Source of the DNA: Macrostomum lignano
Taxonomy: Eukaryota
Length of the DNA stretch: 64,000 nucleotides
Reading direction: 5' to 3'
NCBI GenBank assembly: GCA_002269645.1
Contig: NIVC01001294.1
Coordinates: 123,413-187,412 of the forward strand
In this document: positions 34,601 through 44,800 of the stretch, one piece after another
Numbering within the stretch: the first letter of the stretch is position 1
Layout of the letters: each line of letters begins with the position of its first letter
Notes under the pieces: generated by a model
The model's database searches: none
What the model was told of the DNA's origin: nothing
The model's input: the letters and a program-made list of their open reading frames with translations, nothing else
Position numbers and translations under genes: made by a program

Positions 34601-36169
34601 GACAACTTGCTAAAGGATATCCAGCACCACACAAATGCTGACGATTTATGTCATAAGCTAAAGGACCAGATTCGAGAGGGTTGGCCAGATGCCAAATCCC
34701 AAATAGCTGAAGAACTGAAGCCATTCTGGAATATTCGGCATGAACTGATGGAGAATGACAGACTCATATACAAGAGCAGCAAAATATTCATTCCTGATGC
34801 AATGCGAAGACAAATGCTTCAAATCCTCCATGAAAGTCATCAAGGCGTGGAAAAGACGTTGATGAAGGCTACTGAATCTGTATTTTGGCCTCGAATGCGC
34901 CATGATATTGAGCAATACATTTCTTCATGCGAAAAATGCCAAAGTTACCAAGCTTTTCATCAAAAAGAATCCATGAAAATGGTTGAAATACCTGAGTATC
35001 CATTTCAAGAGTGTGGAACTGACATTTTCTATTGGAAAGGGGAAACACACATTGTCCTGGTTGACAGGTTAAGTCGATGGATCTGCACTGATAAGATCAC
35101 GACAACATCAGCAGAGTGCGTCATAAAACAGCTGTCACAATATTTTACTACCTATGGTACTCCAGAAGTGATAAGATGTGACAACGGACCTCCATTTGGA
35201 TCCAACAGGTTTAAAGAGTTTGCTGAACAGAAAGGTATACGAATTAGGACATCGTCGCCAAAATATCCACAATCAAATGGCCTATCAGAAAGAGCTGTTC
35301 AGACAGTTAAAGGATTTCTAAACAAAGCAGAAGATATAAATTGTGCATTACTACACTATCGGAATACGCCAATTGAAAGAGGGCTACCGACACCGGCTGA
35401 GCTAGTGATGGGACGAAAGCTCAGATATCAACTGCCACTGCCCATTGAACAGCTGAAACCAAGACAAGTCTGGACAAAACGTCAACTAGAGATTTTGGCA
35501 GAGAAGAACAGTAAACAGGCATTCTACTACAATTGCACTGCACGAGACCTACGACCGTTTAAAGAAGGAGATCAGGTGTGGATGCAAGAAGATCGAAGAC
35601 AATGGATTCCTGCAGAAATCGTGAAACCCGATGTCACTGACCCAGACAGGTCATACAAAGTTCGAACTGCTACAGGTCGTGAATTCAGACGAAATCGCAG
35701 ATTTCTGGCAAAGCGCAATACAGACCGCAGAATGCAGACCATACCAGAGTATTCAAGGATTCAACTACCTAATCAGGATTCTAACAATGGAACGATTCAG
35801 ACTTACAGCTCAGACGCTCATGCATCCGATACAGTACACAATTCGCAGCTGGATTCTGGAAAATCTGGTGGAACAAAATACATTACACGATATGGACGTG
35901 AAGTGAAGCCAACTCAATTTTACAAGGCTACATAATTATATGCACTCAAACTGAACTAACTGACAATGCCAGTTATCATTTCATTCATCCATTCATGCGT
36001 ATGACACTTCTTTTTGGAAAAAAAGGGATGTCGCAGACAGACCGAATTAAGTTGTCTATGACCTTAGCTTTATGTCTTTATAAGCTAAATATACGAGAGC
36101 TGCAGATACGAACTAAGCGCAGCACAGACGGCTATGCCGTAATCTAACATTCATACCCAAAACATAACA
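31638..36169 (+). mobile_element. Full-length Ty3/Gypsy LTR retrotransposon, Mag-like
   Basis: Identical 141-bp TG...CA LTRs (31638-31778, 36029-36169), 5-bp TSD CACAG, PBS TGGTGTCAGA at 31779 (tRNA-Leu-type), PPT GGAAAAAAAGGGA before the 3' LTR. Confidence 0.97.
31838..35935 (+). pseudogene. Single gag-pol reading frame (Gag with two Cys/His knuckles, PR, RT, RNase H, integrase) interrupted by one in-frame TAG at 33779-33781
   Basis: CRYCGKQH...C/CSNCGRKNHFKAMC, FKIDTGAD, RLPFGL...YIDD, VDASKDGLG, HESHQG...CEKC, GTDIF/CDNGPPF/NGLSERAV. The frame continues unchanged after the TAG. Confidence 0.9.
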
Positions 36170-37994
36170 CACAGGACATGTGCAATTGTTCGTATAGGAT
36201 CAAAACTTAACATACAATCTTAATTTTCTGAACGAAAGGCTTTATAAATATCGATAGAGCAATAAGAAAGGCACAGCATATCAAAAGATGAACACTGGAT
36301 CTGCCTCACATCAAAGGCAATAACAATTTTTGTGCTAAAAATGAAAACTCCCATCTCCGTAGTGTCTTTTTTCGGGAAAACCTGCCTTCAAAAACTTTCC
36401 AAGAACGAGATTTTCCGTCCTACTTAAGTAGTCCTTGGCTCCAGCAAGCAAAAGCTGAGGACACGACCCCAATCTCAGAAATTGAAAATTAGTCATGTAC
36501 AGTACCACCTAATGCGAAAGACTGAAAAGTGCTGTAAAAAATGTTAAAACCAAGCAAGAAGCTCTATCGCCCCCACTCTTCTATCTAGCTCTCTGCTAGC
36601 TCACCTTCTCATCTCCCAACTCATTCGCTGTTTAAGAGTCACTTTTGATTGAAACAGTTAGTACTCAAATCTAATTACCAAAACTGATAAACCGACAGCC
36701 AATCCTTTCCCTACAATAGATTGAACCTTCTGTTCTTACCCGGAGCATCTTCCTTATATTTTATTCCTTGTAAGACAAACATCTCGTGTTTGTGAACATC
36801 AAATAAGTTAATATTTATTATAATATTTATTATAAGTAAGTTAATATCAAGTGATTGCATCATCAGGAAAAGTCAGTCGAATTTGCCGCCTTAGTTACTT
36901 GGCTCTCACATTGGTAATTGAAGTTGCGAGCTATTATAGAGCCTTAGTAGTGAGAGACCAGAAGTCCAAAGACACCCAAGAGATACGCAATATTTCAAAT
37001 TTCAAGTACATGTGTGCATGTCACTTAATTGTTATCGAATCGCACAGCAAACTTCCCACTGCTGACCTCGAAGGTCTCATTCGACAGACTGCAGCGATAT
37101 TCAACGGTCCCAGATGCTGCTCATGTTTCTTCTGCTGCTGCTGCTGCTACAAGCACCAGCAAGAAATCTGCTGCAGGAAGTCGGCGGCAAGAGCGGCTGG
37201 ACTCCGTCAGGACAGCCGGTTCCGATGCCGATCGCTGCAGCAGCTTCGAATGCAGCAGCTGCGACATGCTCTGTGAGATGAGGCAGCTGAACGAATTCTT
37301 GCACCAGCGCCTGCTGCAGCAAGATCTGATCCTTCATCAGCCTCTGTGGCACTCGAGCTGGCACGCCTGCTGCAGCAACGAATGCTTCTGCTGCTGCGAC
37401 TGTAATTTCTGCTTCAATTGGACAGCTCCTGATGAATGCTGCATCATTGACGGGCACGAGGAGTCGTGCTGCTGCGACTGCAGGTGCTGATCGCCGAAAA
37501 CTTCTAGAATCACTTCCCTTCTCTTGTAAAATCCCATGAACACATAAATACTGCGCTAAACAGTGAGAGCGAGCAGTTCAGCCCGTTGCCCTACATGTAA
37601 TTCAACGCTTTCATTATAAACATAGGCAAAAAACTGCTCGCTCATGGTTAGCGGACTAAGTTTTATCCCATTTTTGGGACACGTCTGTTGTTTGAAGAGC
37701 ATTATCGATATATTATTCGGTTCTAATAAGCATGCTGCTCCATGTGAATGTATATTTTATGCTACTCTAATAGAATCAAATAACAAGTTGCGCCCCTTTG
37801 AATGCCACTGTGTAAACAACAGAGCGTTTGACCGCAAGCCATGTGACTTCACTGTCGAGTTATGGTGAGCTGTATGTCTTGGAAGTTAGGGCAGGAGTCG
37901 GTAAATTCCAACCCGCGGGTCACATGCGGCCCTTTAAGCCTCTTCATCCGGTCCTCGGGTCTTTTGAAACTTCACAAGGTTTGTGTCTACTTTC

Positions 37995-37995
<1 letters not shown>

Positions 37996-38076
<81 letters not shown>

Positions 38077-38093
38077 TCTCTCTCTTCTCCCCT
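37996..38093. repeat. (CT)n microsatellite at the 5' junction of the Penelope-like element
   Basis: About 38 CT units followed by CTCCCTTCTCTCTCTTCTCCCCT. Confidence 0.95.
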
Positions 38094-40005
38094 TTCTAAA
38101 ACCGATTGCCCAAGCGCAACCCACTTTCATTAAGGACTCCTATGACTTCAAGGCACACCTTATGGATAAAAGCTGCACGGAAGGTTCGACTCTGGCAACC
38201 TGTGATGTCCAGAGTCTGTAATCCATGATCCCAATAGATCAGGGCATTGCAGCGATCCAGGAATTCTTTAACCGATACCCGGATCCCATTAGACCGGATG
38301 CTGAAATAATAAAGCTACTGGAATTGTGTTTGTACAGGAATGACTTTGAATTTGACAAAATGATTTTCCTACAACTTAGAGGTACAGCCATGGGGCGCAT
38401 ATTTGCGCCCAGCTATGCCTGTCTCTTCATGAGCCTCTGGGAGGAAACTGCCCTGAGAACTGCTCTTTATAAGCCGAACATCTATTTTAGGTACATAGAT
38501 GATATCTTCATTCACTGGGACCACCCGGCTGAAACTCTGACAGAATTTGTTGTACACCTAAATTCAATCAACCCCAACATCAAACTCACCGTCAGCTCCT
38601 CATCAACTGAGGTCAGTTTCTTTGACATGACCATCAGGAAAGCTGAAAACCGCTTCACAGCACAACTGTTTTCAAAAGAAACAGACACTCATAGATTGTT
38701 GCACCGACAGTCCTTCCATCCGTCACACACCTTCAAGGGGGTAGTAAAATCCCAAATCCTTCGGTACGCTCGTATCTGTGATGACTACAAGTCTTTCAAT
38801 GATGCTTTCAATTCTTTAAAATCGGAACTCAAGCAATTAGGCTACTCGAAGATTTTTCTTAGAAACTGCAAAAAGGATGTCCTCATACTTATGAACTGGA
38901 CTGCAGGACCAACGACCAATCTGGGTCTGCTTCCCAAAGGGTTCCATCCCTGTGGGTCATCCCGCTGCAAATGCTGCACCCACTCACCGCCTGCTCTCTC
39001 CGCCCAGGGACTGAAACCGGCTTCTGGTTTTTTAATCTCTCAGAGCCTGTCCTGTGGCTCCAAGAACATCATCTATGGCATCTCCTGCAACCAGTGCCAC
39101 CCTGGGAAAATCTTCTATGTAGGGATGACTAGAAGAACAATGAGAGATAGAATGAACCAGCACAGGTCAAATATTAACAGGAGAGTCGTAACTTCGGGGT
39201 CAGAGCACTTTCTCACCCCCAATCACTCGATTGCAAACTTTGTCTCCATTGCTATCGAACAAGTTCTTAATAACAACAAAATCGAACTAAGGGAAGAAAT
39301 CTGGATTAAAAAACTAGGGACTGACAAACCGCCAGGTACGAACATCAGGGTCGACAATCATCTTCTCCGACCCATCCCAATGGTCCTTCCTTTTCACCCA
39401 TCTACGGTCTGGCTTGCCAACGAGATTGCTAAAAACTTTGATAAGCTACAAAATAAACCAGGCTCCCGCATACTGCCCGCTTTTACACGGCAACGTAACT
39501 TACAGAGCCTCCTGGCTCCCAATAAGTTCAAGTCTCAGCCAGGAAACATTTAATCATTTTAACCAATGCGCTATTTTTACCCTATTAAAGTACAATATTT
39601 ATTCACGTGTCATTTATTTTATTTTATTCAAACTGCTTAATTGTACGCTCAATATTGATTTTTATGCTCCTACCCCCAATACCGGCATTTCATCTAATCG
39701 TATAGTATCGCATATCGTATAGTACTTCGAAATAACAATTTTTATAACAAATATACTGTCGTTTAAAATGAATGGTGGAAAGCCTCTGGGACAAGTTAGA
39801 GCTAGGCAAAACAGGGTTTTAAATGTACATCCCTCATATGTACAACTACTCATCAATTCTATCAGACTAAGAAAAATAATACTTAAAAGACCAACTTGCA
39901 TTGCATGACACACAGATTTTTTGGCCTGACGAAGAGCCCAGAGGCTCGAAACCGGTAGCCCATATTAAATTAATTAGTCTTTTGATTTTTTTAAACACGC
40001 CCTGA
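38094..40005 (+). mobile_element. 5'-truncated Penelope-like retroelement (RT, Cys motif, GIY-YIG endonuclease, 3' UTR with hammerhead)
   Basis: LKPIAQ...FIKDSYDF, DVQSL*, GTAMG...APSYACLFM, YFRYIDDIF, LFSKETD, HPSHTFKG...SQILRYARIC, CGSSRCKCC, NIIYGISC...FYVGMT...RMNQH, HF...H, REEIWIKKLGTDKPPGTN. Nonsense TAA at 38219-38221 replaces the conserved Tyr of SLY. The reading frame ends at 39553. Confidence 0.92.
39923..39960 (+). ncRNA. Minimal type I hammerhead ribozyme in the PLE 3' region
   Basis: GGC-CTGACGA-A-GAGCC-CAGA-GGCTC-GAAA-CCGGT-A-GCC: catalytic core, 5-bp stem II, palindromic ACCGGT stem III, GTA cleavage triplet, GGC/GCC stem I. Confidence 0.85.
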
Positions 40006-40195
40006 CCTCTCTTCTCTCTCTCTCTACCTCTCTTCTCCCTTCTCTCTCTTCTCCCCTCTCTCCCCTCCTCTTTCCCCTCTTCTCTCCTTTTCTCTCCTCT
40101 TATCTTTTGCCTTTTCTCTTATCCCATCTCTCGACTCTGCTCTCTTCTCTCATCGCTCATTTTCTAAGAGCTTCTCCTTTTCCTTTCCCCTCTTT
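40005..40195. repeat. CT-rich low-complexity tract at the 3' junction of the PLE
   Basis: Degenerate (CT)n; contains the same 23-mer as the left junction at 40035-40057. Confidence 0.85.
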
Positions 40196-40716
40196 GGATC
40201 GGCAGCGAATTTCTAGCAGTCAAATGTAGAGTAGTATGTTTCCCGGATCTCAATCATTATTTCTGCATGACAAGCGTTTTTACATAATTTGACCCTGCGA
40301 AGTAAATGAACCCTGCGAATACATTAAACGTAATGTAAATATTTTATAACCGAATAAATAAATAAATAAATCTAAGCAATTTCTGTTTGGCAAAATCAAA
40401 TTTCAATCGCTGGTATTTATTAATTGTTACAAGCATGGGAAATTACGTACATGCAGTTTATATTGCTTCAAAAAATGATTTCTACGATTCAGCAATAGGC
40501 TGTATAGCATAAACAAATTATAAATATTAGCAGTACACACTAACTAGACTATCTAGATAATCTAGATGTGTCACTCGAATTTGAAGTTGTAAAAAATAAT
40601 AGCGTCTACTCTTTTTTTCAGTAGTTTGTCTGCGCATTGTCACTTAAATTTGATGCGGCACCTAAAATTTCCTTCCCTTCCTCGGCCGGTCTTGGCCTCA
40701 GAAACGGCCAAATTCC

Positions 40717-40950
40717 GCAAGCAAAATTCGGCAAGCAGACTTCGGCAAGCAAAGCTCGACAAGCAAACTTCCCGCAAGCAAACGTCGTACTCCCGTACAC
40801 AAGTGAACGCAGGTCGGACGAAACTCAGTCTAGGGGCAGGCCTAATCTAGCCCAGCCAATGAGAGCCCAGAGAGAAGAGAGGTCAAAGTTAGACGGACGA
40901 AACCCAGCTTTATGTATGGGGCAGGCCCAATCTAGCTCAGCCAATGAGAT
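40717..40950 (+). promoter_or_regulatory. Candidate regulatory cluster: 5 x CAAGCAA/GA at 14-bp spacing plus two about 50-bp direct repeats ending in AGCCAATGAGA
   Basis: Motif starts at 40717, 40731, 40745, 40759 and 40774; CCAAT boxes at 40856 and 40941. Function is not demonstrated. Confidence 0.4.
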
Positions 40951-41805
40951 TGAATTAAGGAGAGAGTTTGGTTTGGCTGTTAAAGTCAGACGCACAAGCG
41001 GGCAAGAGGGAAGCCAAGCTGCAAAGTTCAAATTTCAAAGCAAAAACGTTAATTTTGCGTCTTGATAGAGTAGATGAACGCATTTTGCGAGTGGCATATC
41101 TAGTTGTTCTAGAATTTGTGGTAATATCTAAGTATTGTATCGCAGATATTGGCAGAATAGCTAGTAAACAATAGCTATAGGAAAGGAATTGCAGTATGCT
41201 AATAGTTTGAAAATAGCGTGTAAAATCCAGCGCTACCAAACAAATAGAGGTATTTCAAAATCCGGCACGGATAGCAAAAAGGCTTGCAGAGTAGAATCAA
41301 TGCGTTATTTGATTAGGTTAGGGCTGATTATGAAAGTATCCATGACTTAAAGAGATATTTTGAGCCAAATATGCATTAAGCGTCAAGTTTGGCTATGGTA
41401 TAAATGTTCCAGGATAGCTTATTAGTTTCTTATCATATTCTCGACAAAAGATAACTTTAAACCATACTTAGTCCCAGTGCTAATTTTAATATGACATAAG
41501 CAATCCCCTTACCCTAGGCCAGATAGTAAACAGTTCGCTGCTCTCTTTAACACACTGGCGTCAGGGCAACCCCGCCCGCCCCGTCACCCTTTTATCGATT
41601 TCTTAGGCTTCCAGTGTACAGTTGTAAGGACTCGGGTGTACATCTGTGTGAATTGCCTCAGCTATATAGGGATAGGGAATAGAAAAGAATGTACAAAAAC
41701 GGAAATTTAAATTTCTTAAAAAATTGCAAACTGTCAAAGGAATTATTTATATGCGCGATGAAATTAGCTTTCACAGTAAAAAATGTGACTTCACAGCAGA
41801 TTGCA

Positions 41806-44800
41806 TCACCTCTTCAGTTGCACCAATAAGCCAGTTCTGTCCGTCGAGTTCGAGCTAGCGGTTACTGTCAAATGTTGGTTGGTGTAGTTGATAGTACTCA
41901 CTTTAGGCTCTAGAAATTTTGTTTCAATTTTTTTCTAAATTCAAAAGGTCACATCAAAGAAACCGCCTCTCCGAGTCTCCATCCTAGCTATGCTACATCA
42001 AAGAGGCCGCTCGCTCTCCATCCTAGGCTACACGCAGTGCATGCCGACTTCCAATCAACTCACTCGCGATAGTCTTTAAGTTGTACTTATAACACCCGTA
42101 ATGGAAAAGTTGTTGTATCCTTGGTTTAGTACTTCAGCTCTTCCACCTGAAATTACCTGCAATGCATCGAATGACAAAGTTGCTGCAGTTGATGCTGGAG
42201 CTGGGGCAGACTGCCTTGCAGATCTGACCATCGGGGCAGACGCCACTACCTGCGCCATCAGCGCCGCAGGGCGACACGCAGTCGCACGTTGGGCAGCCAT
42301 TAGCGTCATTCACGTAGCCGTAGCGGCACTTAAGCTGGCATCGACTTGTTTGACACTCTGCAAATTGGATCATGTTTGAAACGGTGATTGCATCGGTCTC
42401 GAGAATTTTTAATGACCTCTATATGTTGGTCACGTTTTCAGTCATACGCTAGAAATATGCATAGTAGTAGTTGCGTAATACTTTCAAACAGGCACTCCAT
42501 CCCGATGTCAATATCCTGATAGCTCAATGCTTACTCGACAGAACAGTTACATTGACGTGGTTGGACTCGGCCGCCTCCAGCCCGTTGCCTAGGCGGCAGA
42601 AGTACCGCCCGGCGTCCTCGCGACGCAGAGCCGCCAGACGTAGCGGGCCTGAAGCGCCAATCGGCGTCGGCTGCGGTCGCCCCGGCACCTCCTTGTACCA
42701 GAACGTCCAGTACGGCGCCGGGTGGCCGCCAAGGGACGCACAGGTCAACAGGAGTGAGTCACCGACGGAGAGCTCAACCGAAGTGGACTCAGTGCTGGCG
42801 GCTGCCATGGCCACCGCGCCGGAGAGGGGTTCGCGGTACTGGACTAGGACCGTGCGAGAGTCCGGCAGGCCGATGCTGTTGCCAGCCTGGCAGAGGTACA
42901 CACCCTCGGCGCCCGGTTGAGCTGTTAGGCGCAGCCTGGCACCCTGCGCGTCGCGATGAGAATGACGATAAGGATGAGTGAGATTCTTTCCACAATCTTG
43001 GAAAATATTAACCCGAATTTTTCGACCGGATGTTTTTGACTCGACCCGGATCTAGACAGGATAAAATAAACCCAAACCAAACGACCGTAAATACGTTATT
43101 TAGGAGCTTAAAAAGATTTGGACCACTCCGATTCACCAGATCACTAAAATCCAGGCCTAGAAACCAGGTCCATATTTCGGGTTAGGGCTGGGTTTGTTAC
43201 GGTTATGGTTACTAGTATAGGGTTTTTAATGTTAGGGCTAAAGAAGACAAAATTAAAAGATTTCGTATGTTTGCTCTTGTCAGTGTGCCCTGCTTAAGGA
43301 CAACTTCTGTAAGGATAAACAAGTTATCAACGAAGTTCCCTTTCAGTAGCATTAAGCAACGGAAATTTAATAACTGCGGCTTATAAAATTTTAAACCTTT
43401 GATATAAAACCTCTTTACGCTCTTTACAAAACCTATACTCGTATGTTTCTCACGACTGCAGTGTTCTTTAAATCCAAAATCTAAGCCCACTGAAATACTC
43501 AAAGAACTTGAATTACGAGCGTATACGGGAATAAATACTCAAGAAATACTTAATAGGGATATTTCCCACTTTTAATAAATCGTTGACCCTCTTCAAAAGG
43601 AATACCTCAGCCAGTGGCCCCAGCTGGAGCTGGTCGTATCGGAACCACCGCACCGTGGGCGGCGGCTGGCCCCGGACATCGCACACCAGCAGCGCAGTCT
43701 GGTTCCGATTCGTCAACGGCAGGCCGGAAGTCGTCACTCCAGTAATTCTGGCCGGAGAGAGCACGCTCAGTCGGACGGTGTTGAATACGAGGTCACCGTT
43801 ACCATGACAACGATAGACGCCAGAATCAGAGAGCTCGGCGTGAGCGAACCACAGGGCGCTACCAGGCGGGTCAGACGGCTGCTTGTCGTCGTCAAGACTG
43901 ACTCGATCGCTGAGTCCGATTGAAATCCTGCGATAATTAGCAAATATCGGATGGTATTTTGTAGAAAGTTTTGAACGGCGCTTCACATTTAAGGTTTACG
44001 AGTTTTAAAAGCGTGCTGTGCACGAAATAGAATGAACACGCTCTAATACTCGCGTTTGGTATGTTGCTAATACAGGGCGGTAGGATATTTCTTCGTGCTC
44101 TGCAATTGTTGCTTCTTCTTCTCTCTGCCTCCGGCCGTTCCGCTAAGCCTTTTTGGCGACTTTTTCCAACGCTTGCACTGGATATCATGCGCTCCTATTT
44201 TACCCTTACAGCTGGTGAAATTTTTTAAAACAACTCATCTGTACGCGCTTTCCAAAAACGCACCCGTCCTTTTTCCATACGACGGCTGCCACCAAAGGCT
44301 CAGACTGCGGCTCTGTCCCGAGACGAACTGCGCGGCGGCAGGCCAATCGAACCGGCTGTCCTTCGATTGCTGTTACGAACCCGGACGATCCTTCGTCCTT
44401 CGAGTCAACGCGAGGGGACGCAGTGCGAGCTGCAAGTAGAGGATATTGCGTTTTAAACACTATAGGATTACCGCTAACATGCTAGACATGCTAATCCGTC
44501 CTTGACATTAATATTCCACTGGCTAGCGACCTCACTATGGACCATCCTGAGCTATAAACGTAGGAATTATTTACAGGTCTCGCAGGTGACTTTCATCTCA
44601 GCGCACTGCAAGCCACTGCAGTGTACCCTGCACCGCTCCAACGATCCACAGCGACCCGCAGCAGAGCAGGGATCGTGGCAGCGGCAGACGCGGCAGCCGG
44701 ACTCGGGCAGGGTGAATCGCCGGTGTCTGCCGTAGGGACAGTCTGCCGGGCACTCGTCCAGCCTCGGGCTGCATTCTGAAAAATATGCTATTCTCGATAC

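Larger units (their letters stand above)
31213..36438. mobile_element. Foldback/MITE-like element with about 240-bp imperfect inverted arms (31213-31455 and 36195-36438), split by the LTR retrotransposon
   Basis: The arms align as reverse complements, e.g. AGCACAAAAATTGTTATTGC vs GCAATAACAATTTTTGTGCT and TTTCGTTCAGAAAATTA vs TAATTTTCTGAACGAAA. Termini and TSD are not resolved. Confidence 0.65.

Noticed and set aside
40813-40905. GGACGAAAC motifs as further hammerhead ribozymes
   Set aside because: No CUGANGA core or pairing stems nearby.
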